Source: Candidatus Nomurabacteria bacterium
GTDB lineage: Bacteria; Patescibacteriota; WWE3; UBA101185; UBA10185
Reading direction: 5' to 3'
Assembly: GCA_020631855.1 (NCBI GenBank)
Contig: JACKGU010000001.1
Coordinates: 295,601-359,600, forward strand
DNA length: 64,000 bases
Shown here one piece after another: positions 11,335 to 22,164 of the stretch. A program made the position numbers and the translations under genes. The notes below the pieces were generated by a model that searched no databases, was not told where the DNA came from, and saw only the letters and a list, made by a program, of their open reading frames with translations. Every line of letters starts with the position of its first letter. Position 1 is the first letter of the stretch.

Positions 11335-14300
11335 TTACTCCTGATCTTCAGAAATTTCTACCTGTTCAATTTCGAGATCGTCCACAATCTCTTCATCTGA
11401 ATCAACAACAGTCATACCGTCATCCTCGTCCGAGTCATCGAGTAAAACTGCGTTCTTTAAATCGTCGGCGTCTATTGCGCTCTTTGCGGCATCAAATTTA
11501 TCTTGAATCTCGTCTTCTACCTCATCTTCCGAATCAGTACCAACCGATCCCGAAGGAGATATATTCAAGCACAATCCATTCAGCTCTCTTATTAAAAGCT
11601 TAAATGATTCAGGCACGTTAGATTCCGGAATTGGCTGGCCTTGTAATATAGCTTTATAAGCCTGCGTTCTTCCTAACCAGTCGTCCGACTTAATTGTGAG
11701 CATTTCTTTCAAAATATGGGCTGCCCCGTAAGCTTCAAGTGCCCACACTTCCATTTCTCCGAATCTTTGTCCGCCCATCTGAGACTTACCGCCCAAAGGT
11801 TGTTGGGTAATCAAGGAGTATGGTCCGGTAGATCTTGCGTGCATCTTGAGGCTACTCATGTGAACCAGCTTCAAAATGTATGTGCTTCCTACAACCACCT
11901 CGTTATCAAAATACTCTCCGGTTCTTCCGTCAATAAGCTTCATTTTTCCTGACAACGGAATGCCGGCTTCTTGAAGCTCTTTATCAATTTCTACGTGGGG
12001 AACCTCTTCAAAATTAGGCACAATATACTTTCGTCCTAATCTTTCTCCTGCCATGCTTAATGGGGTCTCTAAGAGCTGTCCCATATTCATTCTTTTAATG
12101 ATGGCCTCCGAAGAAAAAATAACGTCAATTATGGTTCCGTCTTCTAGATGAGGCATGTCCGATGCAGGCAAGATAGCTGAAATGACTCCTTTATTTCCGT
12201 GTCGACTTGAGAGCTTGTCTCCGACTTGTATTTTCTTTTGAGTTGCGACATAGACTGTAATTTCTTCAATAACTCCGGTCGGAAGATTGGAGTTTTCCTT
12301 CTTGCTCACTCTTTTAACCCCTATCACCACACCTTTTTTACCGTGAGGAAGTATAAGTGAGGTATCTCTAACTTCTTTTGCTTTCTCTCCGAATATAGCT
12401 CGTAGAAGCCTTTCCTCTGCAGAAAGCTCAACTTCACCTTTTGGAGCAACTTTACCTACCAAAATATCTCCTGCCTTCACTTTTGCGCCTATGGATATTA
12501 TTCCGTCTTCATTTAGATTCCTTAGAGCTTCTTCGGAAATATTAGGTATATCGAAGGTTAGCTCTTCAGGTCCAAGCTTTGTTTCGAGAACTGCAATCTT
12601 ATAATTTTCTATATGGACCGAGGTTAAAACATCTTCAGTAACAAGCCTATCTGACAAAATAATTCCGTCTTCAAACTCATAACCCTCAAAAATCATATAG
12701 CAAGCATTTAAATTTGCTCCTAAAGCAATCTCACCATCCTGCGAAGCCGGACCTTCTAATATAATGTCGCCTTTTTTAATTTTCTGGCCTGTAGATACCT
12801 TTACTCTCTGGTTTAAGGATGTGTCGGAGTTTGATTTAACAAACTTTTTAGCTAAATATTCGGCCGTACCTGCTTTTTCATATTTTACTTTTACTTTTGT
12901 GGAGTCTGCGTATAAAACCTCTCCTTTATCTTCTGCAACTATGACTATTCCCGAGTTACGGGCAATATCGCTCTCCAAACCTGTAGCTATAATCGGGGAT
13001 TCTACTTTCACTAAAGGTACTGCCTGAGACATTTGCTGAGTACCCATTAAAGCTCTGGAAATATCATCATTTGCCAAAAAAGGAATCTGGCTTGCCATAA
13101 TTCCAACCGCCTGTCCGGGAACAAGCTCCATATACTGAGCTTTTGCAGTAGATCCTAAAGTAAAGTCATTTCCTTTTCGCAAAGGAATTTGCTCCTGTGT
13201 TATAAAACCCTTTTCATCTATACTAACTGTGCTATCTGTTATGTAATAGAGCTCTTCGTCGTAGGCCGCCAAGTAAACCACCTCATCGGTTATTCTTACT
13301 TTGCCGTTCTTTTCTTCCAGCTTTACATATGGTGTCTCTAAAAAACCATACTCATTTACCCTAGCGTACGAAGCTATGTAGTTAATAAGACCGATGTTGG
13401 GGCCTTCGGGAGTTCTAACAGGACAGATCTTGCCGAATGAAGAATAATGAACGTCTCGTACAGACATGCTTGCTCTTTCTTTTGTAAGTCCTCCCGGACC
13501 GGTAACCGAAAGTCTGCGCAAATGATCCAGTGCCGTAACCGGATTTTGTTGGTCATGATGCTGTGAAAGCTGACCGGTAGCAAAAAAGCTGTGAATCGCT
13601 GAGGCTACTGTTCTGGAAGAAATGAGTAAAGATGGTTCAGGCATTTCTTCTCGAGGCTGCAAACTCATTCTTTCTTTTATGTTCCTCTCCATTCGAAGGA
13701 AACCGATTCTAATTTCATCTTGAAGTAATTCCCCCACAGAGCGCACTCTTCTGTTTGACAAGTGATCCAGGTCACTCTCCGATTCAATACCGTTGTTTAT
13801 ATTTATTACCTTTTTTAAAGCAGCTACAAGATCATCTTTGTGAAGTAAATAATGTTCCGGCTCATTAGGGAAATTTAAACCTAACACCTGATTCATTTTA
13901 AATCTACCGACTTTTCCTAGGCTATATCTTCTTCTATTAAAGAAGGTTCCTTGCACTAAAGAACGGGCATTCTCAAGCACTAAAGGCTCGCCCGGTCTCA
14001 TTTTTTTGTATATTTCAAGAATTGCTTCGTTATAGGAAGAGCTCGGATCCTTAGAAAGTGTGCTTTCAATAAAACTAATTTCGGGATTTGAATCAACATC
14101 TTCAAAGGCAGCTCTTATATCGTCATTGGTCTCCAGTCCAAAAATTCTAAGCAATACAGAAACAGGAATTTTTCGGCGTCTGTCTATTTTTACGCTCATC
14201 AAACCGGTCTTTGTTGTATCAACCTCTAACCAAGCCCCATTTTTCGGAAGAATCTTACATCCGCCTAAAATGGCCCCTGTGCTGGGGTGAATCTCTTTTG

Positions 14301-14709
14301 TGAAGAGCACACCTTCTGACCTTTTTAACTGACTAACAACTATTCTTTCAACACCATTAATAATAAAGGTCCCGGTAGGTGTCATTAACGGGATATCTCC
14401 CATATATATTTTTTGCTTCTTTTTCTTATTGTTTATCGGGTCTCGCATTTCAGCATTTAAATACCAAGGAGCGTCGTAGGTACGACCTTTGTATAAAGCT
14501 TCGTCCATTGATATGTTCGGCTTGTCAAAAGACGGATCTGAGAGTTCTAAAACCCATCCGCGACCTGAGAAGTCCTCAACGGGACCAATCTCATCTAAAA
14601 CCTCGGCTATGCCGTTTTTCAAGAGGTCGTTATAGGAGTTGATTTGAATTTCTATTAAATTTGGTACGATTTGGTTATTTTTTCTTTTTGAAAAATCGTG
14701 TCTTTTCAT
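11335..14709 (-). CDS. rpoB: DNA-directed RNA polymerase beta subunit, with about 70-aa acidic C-terminal tail
   Basis: 1124 aa; canonical beta-subunit blocks; C-terminus ...DSEDEVEDEIQD...DDSDEDDGMTVVDSDEEIVDDLEIEQVEISEDQE. Confidence 0.97.
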   Translation of the reverse strand: MKRHDFSKRKNNQIVPNLIEIQINSYNDLLKNGIAEVLDEIGPVEDFSGRGWVLELSDPSFDKPNISMDEALYKGRTYDAPWYLNAEMRDPINNKKKKQKIYMGDIPLMTPTGTFIINGVERIVVSQLKRSEGVLFTKEIHPSTGAILGGCKILPKNGAWLEVDTTKTGLMSVKIDRRRKIPVSVLLRIFGLETNDDIRAAFEDVDSNPEISFIESTLSKDPSSSYNEAILEIYKKMRPGEPLVLENARSLVQGTFFNRRRYSLGKVGRFKMNQVLGLNFPNEPEHYLLHKDDLVAALKKVININNGIESESDLDHLSNRRVRSVGELLQDEIRIGFLRMERNIKERMSLQPREEMPEPSLLISSRTVASAIHSFFATGQLSQHHDQQNPVTALDHLRRLSVTGPGGLTKERASMSVRDVHYSSFGKICPVRTPEGPNIGLINYIASYARVNEYGFLETPYVKLEEKNGKVRITDEVVYLAAYDEELYYITDSTVSIDEKGFITQEQIPLRKGNDFTLGSTAKAQYMELVPGQAVGIMASQIPFLANDDISRALMGTQQMSQAVPLVKVESPIIATGLESDIARNSGIVIVAEDKGEVLYADSTKVKVKYEKAGTAEYLAKKFVKSNSDTSLNQRVKVSTGQKIKKGDIILEGPASQDGEIALGANLNACYMIFEGYEFEDGIILSDRLVTEDVLTSVHIENYKIAVLETKLGPEELTFDIPNISEEALRNLNEDGIISIGAKVKAGDILVGKVAPKGEVELSAEERLLRAIFGEKAKEVRDTSLILPHGKKGVVIGVKRVSKKENSNLPTGVIEEITVYVATQKKIQVGDKLSSRHGNKGVISAILPASDMPHLEDGTIIDVIFSSEAIIKRMNMGQLLETPLSMAGERLGRKYIVPNFEEVPHVEIDKELQEAGIPLSGKMKLIDGRTGEYFDNEVVVGSTYILKLVHMSSLKMHARSTGPYSLITQQPLGGKSQMGGQRFGEMEVWALEAYGAAHILKEMLTIKSDDWLGRTQAYKAILQGQPIPESNVPESFKLLIRELNGLCLNISPSGSVGTDSEDEVEDEIQDKFDAAKSAIDADDLKNAVLLDDSDEDDGMTVVDSDEEIVDDLEIEQVEISEDQE

Positions 14710-14762
14710 TAAAAAATTCTACTTAAAATTTTGATAAACTAAGAAGCCAATAGACAAAGCGA

Positions 14763-14791
14763 AAGTTACCATTTTAACAGCATCCTGTCAA
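14763..14791 (-). promoter_or_regulatory. Candidate sigma70-type promoter for rpoB (minus strand TTGACA-N17-TAACTT)
   Basis: -35 complement of 14786-14791, -10 complement of 14763-14768, about 50 nt upstream of rpoB ATG; by-eye match only. Confidence 0.2.
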
Positions 14792-14801
14792 TAGTTTCGC
14801 A

Positions 14802-15404
14802 CTAAAAAAACATGATATCACTAATCGGCCAAAAACGAAACACAACTTTTCCAACAATGGCTTCTGATTGCACTATACCAAAAATCCTTGAATCTTGGGA
14901 AACATCTCGATTATCCCCCAATACAAAAAATTCATTTTCCTCAAGATGCAACGACCTTCCATCTCTAAATCTTGTACCTGAGGTTGTACACTGATCCGTA
15001 AATAAATACTTTTCCTCTAACTCAAACTTGCCATCGGAGTTAGATACATAGACCTTACAATTGAAAATTTTTATATCTTCTCCAGGTAAAGCTACGATTC
15101 TTTTTACATATTCTTTCTGCTCATGCCCCGGGGGATGCAACACAACTATGTCTCCGCGCCTATAAGGTTTAAAGTGCTTTGAAACTTTTTCGACTAAAAC
15201 CCTCTCTTTGTCGTATAAAGTAGGCTCCATGCTTGCCCCGTCAACTTTTTCTGGCACAGCAATAAGAGTAAAAATTAACAGCAGAACAATAAAAGACATG
15301 GAAACTGTTTCAATTATTTCCGCCAACAAGGCTTTGAAGGGTGTTTTTTTAAGCTCCTCATTCGAATCGCTCACTTGCTGTGAAGGCCTGCTGATTTTCT
15401 TCAT
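14802..15404 (-). CDS. lepB: Signal peptidase I
   Basis: N-terminal TM; GASMEPTL (box B), KRIVALPGEDI (box D), GDNRDVSQDSR (box E). Confidence 0.88.
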   Translation of the reverse strand: MKKISRPSQQVSDSNEELKKTPFKALLAEIIETVSMSFIVLLLIFTLIAVPEKVDGASMEPTLYDKERVLVEKVSKHFKPYRRGDIVVLHPPGHEQKEYVKRIVALPGEDIKIFNCKVYVSNSDGKFELEEKYLFTDQCTTSGTRFRDGRSLHLEENEFFVLGDNRDVSQDSRIFGIVQSEAIVGKVVFRFWPISDIMFF

Positions 15405-15408
15405 CTAA

Positions 15409-16041
15409 TTACCGTCCTTCCAAAATTACGTTCTTAAGTTGTTCCGGAGTATCAACAAGAAACTTGGGTGATTTTTTTGCTAAAGTTGCTGAGTCATTAA
15501 AGCCCCAAGTCACCGAGGCAATATCAATTCCTGCTTTTTCGCAAGCTACGATATCCCTAATCTCATCGCCAACATAGAGCGTTTCCTTTTTTCGTAAGTG
15601 CTTTTTTCGAAGCATTTTTTTTATTAATCTATGCTTTTTAAACAATTTACGCCCTGAATAAATGTCTAAAATGCCTGATATTTTGTGCATTTTAAGATAT
15701 GCCGTAACTATTCTCCTGTCATTGCTTGTAAGAATGTAAATTTTATAGCCATGCGACTGCAGCCCTGAAATTATCTCTGCCATTCCTTCAATGAGGGCTA
15801 AGTCGGAAAGATTATTTCGCATCTCTTCGCGAAGCATTTTTACAAAACGAGGTATTTTAAAAACATTTATATTAAATTCGCGGAAGATGTATCGCATAGA
15901 CAAACTCCTCAACTTAGGAATTTCGTTAGCATCAATACCGTCTATACCGTATTTTGAGGGATTAGAATTTACTACCTTTAATAAAAAGTTAAATGAATCG
16001 GCTATAGTACCGTCAAAATCAAAGATTATGTTTTTATACAC
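15409..16041 (-). CDS. HAD-superfamily hydrolase (phosphatase)
   Basis: IIFDFDGTIADS motif I, later DD motif. Confidence 0.7.
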   Translation of the reverse strand: MYKNIIFDFDGTIADSFNFLLKVVNSNPSKYGIDGIDANEIPKLRSLSMRYIFREFNINVFKIPRFVKMLREEMRNNLSDLALIEGMAEIISGLQSHGYKIYILTSNDRRIVTAYLKMHKISGILDIYSGRKLFKKHRLIKKMLRKKHLRKKETLYVGDEIRDIVACEKAGIDIASVTWGFNDSATLAKKSPKFLVDTPEQLKNVILEGR

Positions 16042-16078
16042 TTTAAAAATTCTCCAATAATATCATCAAAACTACCAA

Positions 16079-16195
16079 TCACCGCCAGCTTACGCAGGTG
16101 TTTTGCTGTAATTTCTTTTTGTTGCAAAGCCCAACATGCTGGGTAAGCTACCTCTACTAGCTTACGCAAGCAGCTATAAGTAACAAAATTATAAA
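16079..16195. repeat. Copy A of about 117-nt structured intergenic repeat family (copies at 30262-30380 and 32799-32919)
   Basis: About 85% identity by eye to the two other copies, same orientation; between secA stop and HAD gene start. Confidence 0.85.
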
Positions 16196-16196
16196 A

Positions 16197-18755
16197 TTAA
16201 GCGTCTTTGCCGTGGCATTTCTTGTATTTTTTACCGCTCCCGCAAGGACAAGGATCATTTCTACCAATCTTATCTACAGATTTAGTAGTTGGGGCTTTTG
16301 TACTTTTATTTTTTAACTTTGCTTCGTCTTCGACACCGCTATTTAGCTCTCCCTGCTCATAAACGGCCGACTGCAACTCACTCTTTAGTTTGCTTTCTAA
16401 TCTATTTTCTACGCTACGAACTTGCTCAGGAGCTCTTTTTATTTCTTTTAACCTCAGCAGTCTCTCGCTAATACCCGAGTATATACTATCAACCAGCATA
16501 TCAAATCTGGTGTGACCTTCTCGTTTATATTCAACAATAGGATCTTTTTGCGCGTAACCTCTGAGCCCAATTCCATCTCGTAAGTTGTCCATATCTACCA
16601 AATGCTCCATCCATAGCATATCAACAACTTCCACACTCAGCTGTGCAACAACCTGGGCCCATATTTCTTCACCTAGCTCTTTGCTATAATAATCCCAACG
16701 CTCCGAAACCTCAGAAGAAAGTTTTTCCAAAAACCAATCTTTGTGTGTCAAATCTTTGGACCCAATTTCAAGAATTCTACGCCTCAGTTTATACACTACT
16801 TCCCTATGCACATTCATAACATCGTCCATTTCAACGACCTGTTTTCGTCTGTCGAAGTTAAAGTTTTCAACTTTCTTTTGCGCGTTTTCGATAGCCTTAG
16901 ACACTATACCGGCTTCTAAAGGAACCGAATCATCTATGCCAAAGCGGTTCATCAACCTTTCTACCTGGGCGCCTCCGAAAACGCGCATCAGGTCATCCTG
17001 CAACGAAACATAAAACCTCGAAGAGCCGGGGTCGCCCTGTCGACCGGAGCGACCTCTCAACTGATTATCAATTCTTCTAGACTCATGTCTTTCGGTTCCA
17101 ATAACATGCAGGCCTCCAAGCTCCCTGATTTCAGCTTGTTCTTCTTCAGTCGACGGATCTCCACCTAATATAATGTCCACACCTCGGCCCGCCATATTAG
17201 TTGAAATAGTTACAGCACCTTTTTTACCCGCTTGAGCAACAATTAATGCCTCACGTTCGTGATTCTTTGCGTTTAATATCTCGTGTGGAATTTTTCTTCG
17301 TTGTAAGAAATTATGTAGAAGTTCGCTTTTTTCAACCGTTGTTGTACCAACAAGAACCGGCTGACCTTTTTCATGTAGTTTTGCTATTTCATCGGCCACG
17401 GCCTTAAATTTTCCTGCCTCTGTTTTGTACACCACATCGTTATAGTCAATTCTAGCTACAGGCATGTGGGTAGGAATTACAACTACTTCAAGTTTATAGA
17501 TTTTAAACAACTCCTCGGCCTCAGTCACCGCAGTACCGGTCATGCCGGCCAGCTTTGAATACATTCTAAAATAATTTTGATAAGAAATCTCAGCTACTGT
17601 TTTGCTTTCTTGCTGTATTTGAACATTTTCTTTAGCTTCAATTGCCTGATGCAATCCTTGAGAGAATCTATTCGAGGGCAAAAGTCTGCCGGTAAATTGA
17701 TCTACAATTACAACCTGGCCGTCTTTCACAACATAATCTCTGTCTTTCTCATACAAGGCGTGTGCGCTCAAAGACTGCTCTATCAAATGAACCATCTCGA
17801 AATCTTGTTCATAAAGATTATCTATTTTTAGTAAATTCTCAACTCTCCTTATACCAAAATCTGTTAGCGAGGCGTTTCTAAATTTTTCTTCTACTTCATA
17901 GTCAGTATTTTTTTCTAGCTGATCTATAATTCTGTTCGCCTGCATGTAACGTTCAGTGGGTTGAGCTGAAGAAGTGGAAATTATTAAAGGCGTTCTAGCT
18001 ACATCAATTAAAATTGAATCTACTTCATCAACAATAGCAAAATTATGGCTCCCCCAATCACCGTTTGGATTGGTCTGTACGGTTTGATCAAGTGTAAGTA
18101 CCATGTTATCTCTTAAGTAATCGAAGCCGAATTCGTGGTTAGTACCATAAGTTATATCTGCACGGTAGGCATCAGCCTTGCTGATCTCGCGCAGATGCTT
18201 TGTATACTCATCTTGAAACTCGGAACTAACAAACTCAGGATCGAAAATAAACGCTCGTTGCTGCATAATTACACCCGTCTTCAGTCCAAGATAATCGTAC
18301 ACTCCGCCCATCCATCCGGCCCCGTGTTTTGAAAGATAATCGTTAGGCGTTACGAGATGAGCACCCTTACCTGTTAGTGCATTAAGATACAAGGGTAAAA
18401 CGGCCGTAAGAGTCTTACCTTCGCCGGTCTTCTGTTCCGCTACCTTGCCTTGGTGCAAAGCAATGCCGGCCAACATTTGCACATCATGAATTCTGATTGT
18501 CTTATTCTCATCGCTCAAAACCCTTCTTGCCGCCTCTCTTACTAATGCGAAAGCTTCCGGCAAAATTGAATCCATATACCTTGAGGCTTCCTTGTCATCC
18601 ATTTTGGATAGAGCCTCTTTCCAAAAAGCCGTCTTTTGTAAAAAAGCAGGTCGGTCTAACCTCTCGAATTCAGGTTCAAAAGAACTGATCTTACTCAGTA
18701 TGGGGGCTTGCTTGGCAAGCAATTTTGAATTTGTATCGAAAAATTTTTTAAACAT
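16197..18755 (-). CDS. secA: Preprotein translocase ATPase SecA
   Basis: 852 aa; DEAD-like motor motifs; C-terminal zinc-finger [14 protein letters not shown]. Confidence 0.97.
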   Translation of the reverse strand: MFKKFFDTNSKLLAKQAPILSKISSFEPEFERLDRPAFLQKTAFWKEALSKMDDKEASRYMDSILPEAFALVREAARRVLSDENKTIRIHDVQMLAGIALHQGKVAEQKTGEGKTLTAVLPLYLNALTGKGAHLVTPNDYLSKHGAGWMGGVYDYLGLKTGVIMQQRAFIFDPEFVSSEFQDEYTKHLREISKADAYRADITYGTNHEFGFDYLRDNMVLTLDQTVQTNPNGDWGSHNFAIVDEVDSILIDVARTPLIISTSSAQPTERYMQANRIIDQLEKNTDYEVEEKFRNASLTDFGIRRVENLLKIDNLYEQDFEMVHLIEQSLSAHALYEKDRDYVVKDGQVVIVDQFTGRLLPSNRFSQGLHQAIEAKENVQIQQESKTVAEISYQNYFRMYSKLAGMTGTAVTEAEELFKIYKLEVVVIPTHMPVARIDYNDVVYKTEAGKFKAVADEIAKLHEKGQPVLVGTTTVEKSELLHNFLQRRKIPHEILNAKNHEREALIVAQAGKKGAVTISTNMAGRGVDIILGGDPSTEEEQAEIRELGGLHVIGTERHESRRIDNQLRGRSGRQGDPGSSRFYVSLQDDLMRVFGGAQVERLMNRFGIDDSVPLEAGIVSKAIENAQKKVENFNFDRRKQVVEMDDVMNVHREVVYKLRRRILEIGSKDLTHKDWFLEKLSSEVSERWDYYSKELGEEIWAQVVAQLSVEVVDMLWMEHLVDMDNLRDGIGLRGYAQKDPIVEYKREGHTRFDMLVDSIYSGISERLLRLKEIKRAPEQVRSVENRLESKLKSELQSAVYEQGELNSGVEDEAKLKNKSTKAPTTKSVDKIGRNDPCPCGSGKKYKKCHGKDA

Positions 18756-18818
18756 GCTGAATGATTATAGCACTATAGAAAAGTTGAAGTGTAAATTCTT
18801 TATTTATATAATTTTCTC

Positions 18819-19322
18819 ATGGGATATATACTCGACCTTGATACCGTTGTTTATATCTCACAAGACCTTAGAAGAAGAAAAAAGAAAATAATATACACCC
18901 ACGGAAGCTTCGATCTATTTCATTCCGGACACTCATACCTATTTAATAAAGCAAAAAAACTGGGCGACGTATTAATAGTAGGCGTAGATTCTGACGAAAA
19001 AGTAAGGAAATTTAAAGGGGAGAGAAGACCGGTAAATCAGCACTCGCTTAGAGCTGAGATGGTAAACAACCATAAAGATGTTGATATAGTCTTTTCAATA
19101 GAAGGGTTAGCAGAAAACGAGGAAGATTACTATGTTGGACTATATAAAAAGCTATCTCCGCACATCGTCGTTGTAGGAAACTCTTTTGGGTTTCGGAACA
19201 ATTTCAGAAAGAAACTTGCAAACACTGAGTTCGTTTTAATAGATCTTTTACCCGAACACCAGATCTCTACCACCGACATAATTCAAAAAGTATTAGATAC
19301 GCACGTAGAAAAGTCCGAGTAG
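18819..19322 (+). CDS. Cytidylyltransferase-family nucleotidyltransferase (TagD/RfaE-II-like); real start probably internal/non-ATG
   Basis: KKIIYTHGSFDLFHSGH (HxGH motif) typical of glycerol-3-P cytidylyltransferase-like fold. Confidence 0.55.
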   Translation: MGYILDLDTVVYISQDLRRRKKKIIYTHGSFDLFHSGHSYLFNKAKKLGDVLIVGVDSDEKVRKFKGERRPVNQHSLRAEMVNNHKDVDIVFSIEGLAENEEDYYVGLYKKLSPHIVVVGNSFGFRNNFRKKLANTEFVLIDLLPEHQISTTDIIQKVLDTHVEKSE

Positions 19323-20114
19323 AACCAAAACAATAAGAATCCTATAGACTATAAAGGTTGTTAAAGAATTGTTACGCAAAAATTTCATTAAAAAGCTTAT
19401 TGCTAAAATTCCGGTTATAAAGCTCGATAGAAAACCAACAACTACAAGCAGGCCGCCCAATTGCTGAAGACTTTCAAAAGAGGAATAGATTTTATACAAA
19501 GCGGCGCCGAGTATAGTGGGAATAGCCATAATAAAAGAGAATCTTGCCGCTTCTTTTCTGCTTAAACCAACGATCATGCCTCCGGAGATTGTGGATCCTG
19601 ATCTGGAGAAACCTGGCAACAAGGCGAGCATCTCAAAAAGTCCTATTGCGATTGATTTTTTTAAGGTAAGTTCTGACTTAGTTTCGATACGAGCAAATCT
19701 TTTTTCAGCCACGTACATTAAAATCGTGCCTAAAAGCAAAAAGAGCTCGACCCACAAAGCACTTCTAAAAACTTGTTCGAGAGTAGCATCTAATACAATA
19801 CCGGCGATACCTGCAGGAATAACTGCAACCAGAGCAAATAAGCCGTACTTTCCAGATCGGGAATATTCTTGCAACTTGTTTCTTTTTTGAGCAATGTTGA
19901 AAAATAAAGCCTTGGCAATATCCAAAAGATCGCGAAAAAAATACACTATAAGAGCAACCGAGGTTCCCACATGCAGGACCAAATCAAATGCCAAAGACTG
20001 CTCATTCCAGCGTAGAAGATAGGGTAAAAGAATGAGATGTCCTGAGGACGAAATAGGTAGAAACTCGCTAAGACCCTGAATAGTTCCTAAAACCAGTGCT
20101 TGAAAAATTGTCAT
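19293..20114 (-). CDS. uppP: Undecaprenyl-diphosphatase
   Basis: 273 aa, about 8 TM; LSEFLPISSSGHL signature. Confidence 0.9.
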   Translation of the reverse strand: MTIFQALVLGTIQGLSEFLPISSSGHLILLPYLLRWNEQSLAFDLVLHVGTSVALIVYFFRDLLDIAKALFFNIAQKRNKLQEYSRSGKYGLFALVAVIPAGIAGIVLDATLEQVFRSALWVELFLLLGTILMYVAEKRFARIETKSELTLKKSIAIGLFEMLALLPGFSRSGSTISGGMIVGLSRKEAARFSFIMAIPTILGAALYKIYSSFESLQQLGGLLVVVGFLSSFITGILAISFLMKFLRNNSLTTFIVYRILIVLVLLGLFYVRI

Positions 20115-20116
20115 AA

Positions 20117-20827
20117 CTAAGCTCGGCCAAAAATTAAAATATTATCGGCATTGCTTTTACCGGGAATGATTTCAGTCTCAACGTTTGTAAAAAAATCTTT
20201 TACATTATCCAAAAACATATGGGCCTCATCCTGGTGGTCATCGGTTTTATAGTATCTGTGAAACACAACTAAGCCCCCAGGGTGAGTCATGCTTTTTAAA
20301 AGTGAAAAAAAGTTTCCGGAATTCCCTAAATCTGGGTATACATCACCAATAAAAATATCAACAACAACAGCACTAAAAGATTGTTTACGCAGTCCGTACT
20401 TTTCAGGCGATACAACCACCGCACAAGCATCGGCAACTATAATCGAGTGGTTTGGAATCTCGTCCGCACGGAAATGTGTCCTTGCTATATCAACTACAAC
20501 CGGGTCAATTTCCACACTAACAATATGTACACCGGGATACGCTTTTGCAAGGAGATGCTGGAAAGTCGCGCCTCCCAGACCCATTACAAGAACACTCTGC
20601 AGTTCGGGCTCTTGCTCTTTAATGACCTGTACCATATTTCCCCACACCAATGCCTCAGCAGATTTGGAATCATGCGCTACAGAGTGAATCACACCATTAT
20701 TAATAAGTTTTTTTGTAGTTCCAACTTTTACGACCTTCAAAGATTTACTGAAATCCGATGATGTAGATAATATAACCTCAGGCTCCTTGATATTACTAAA
20801 TACGGAATACATATTTTGATAATACAA
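20117..20827 (-). CDS. Spermidine-synthase-like / class I SAM-MTase-fold protein
   Basis: VLVMGLGGATFQHLL...VHIVSVEIDPVVVDIAR...AVVVDIF pattern resembles PABS family. Confidence 0.4.
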   Translation of the reverse strand: MYYQNMYSVFSNIKEPEVILSTSSDFSKSLKVVKVGTTKKLINNGVIHSVAHDSKSAEALVWGNMVQVIKEQEPELQSVLVMGLGGATFQHLLAKAYPGVHIVSVEIDPVVVDIARTHFRADEIPNHSIIVADACAVVVSPEKYGLRKQSFSAVVVDIFIGDVYPDLGNSGNFFSLLKSMTHPGGLVVFHRYYKTDDHQDEAHMFLDNVKDFFTNVETEIIPGKSNADNILIFGRA

Positions 20828-20862
20828 TAAAATTTAATCTAAACATATACTGTACTCCATGC

Positions 20863-22164
20863 TCACTGAGGTCTGGGCTTATCTCTCAAAGAAATTGGTC
20901 TAATAACCTCCAAGCCATTCATGTAGGGCTTTAAAACTTCCGGTATTAAAACAGAGCCGTCTGCTTGCTGGTAATTTTCCAATATAGCGATAATTGTTCT
21001 TGACGTTGCAACTGCAGTTCCGTTTAACATGTGAACATACTCAGTGCCGCCTGTGTCTAATTTATACTTAATATTTAAATTTCTCGCTTGGTAATCTGTA
21101 CAATTTGAAGTGGATGTCACTTCCCCATAGTCTTTTCTACCAGGCATCCAAGCCTCTATATCATATTTTCTTGCTGCCATCGCACCTAAGTCTCCGGTGC
21201 ATTGCTTTAGAACCCTATAAGAAATGCCCAGGCCTTGGTAAATTGATTCTTCCATCTCCAGCAGATAATCATGCATCTGCATTGATTCTTCAGGCTTACA
21301 ATAAATAAACATTTCCACTTTTGTAAATTGGTGAACTCTATATAGCCCTTTTGAATACTTTCCATAAGCGCCGGCCTCTTTTCTAAAACAGTGAGAATAG
21401 CCAACATATTTTAAGGGTAAATTTTCCAGAAGTAGAACCTCGTCAGCATGCTTACCGGCAAGAGTTACTTCAGCAGTTGCAATTAAACCCAAATCCTCAC
21501 CTTCGATTGTATAAGTTTGGGCCTCATCTCCTCTAGGGGCATAGCCTGTTCCAAGATAATAACGGGACTTTGCTAAATCAGGCGTCAAGGTCGGAGTAAA
21601 ACCAGCTTTACTAAGCTTTTCAAACGCGTATTGCACAAGCGCAAGCTCCATTAAGACACCGGCACCATATAGAAAATAAAATTGAGAACCTGAAACTTTG
21701 GCACCGTCTTCAAAACTTATAATTCCGAGGGATTCTCCCAATTCAACGTGATCTTTTGGTTCAAAATCAAGCTTTGGAATGTCACCCACATGCTTTAATA
21801 TTTCATTTCCTGATTCATCTCTTCCTACAGGAACGTCTGCCGAAGGTATATTTGGAACAGCCATAACCATAGCGTCCAATTCGTTTTTTAAAACCAACAG
21901 TTTATCTTCCAACCCCTTTAGTTCCTCTTTCGTGTCACTAGCTTGTGTGATTAATTTTTCACGAGCATCGCCAGATACTTTTGAAATGTCTTGAGAGAGC
22001 TCGTTGCGAATTGCTCTAAGCTCTTCTACTTTCTTAAGTAAATTTCTATACTCAACGTCAACTTGTAGAAGCCTATCTATGTCCACAACGCCATTCATGT
22101 TTTTGTCTTCTATTGCTTTTTTTACAACCTCAGGGTTTTCTCTTATTATTTTTATGTCCAACAT
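20863..22164 (-). CDS. serS: Seryl-tRNA synthetase
   Basis: 433 aa; N-terminal coiled coil, class II motifs. Confidence 0.95.
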   Translation of the reverse strand: MLDIKIIRENPEVVKKAIEDKNMNGVVDIDRLLQVDVEYRNLLKKVEELRAIRNELSQDISKVSGDAREKLITQASDTKEELKGLEDKLLVLKNELDAMVMAVPNIPSADVPVGRDESGNEILKHVGDIPKLDFEPKDHVELGESLGIISFEDGAKVSGSQFYFLYGAGVLMELALVQYAFEKLSKAGFTPTLTPDLAKSRYYLGTGYAPRGDEAQTYTIEGEDLGLIATAEVTLAGKHADEVLLLENLPLKYVGYSHCFRKEAGAYGKYSKGLYRVHQFTKVEMFIYCKPEESMQMHDYLLEMEESIYQGLGISYRVLKQCTGDLGAMAARKYDIEAWMPGRKDYGEVTSTSNCTDYQARNLNIKYKLDTGGTEYVHMLNGTAVATSRTIIAILENYQQADGSVLIPEVLKPYMNGLEVIRPISLRDKPRPQ

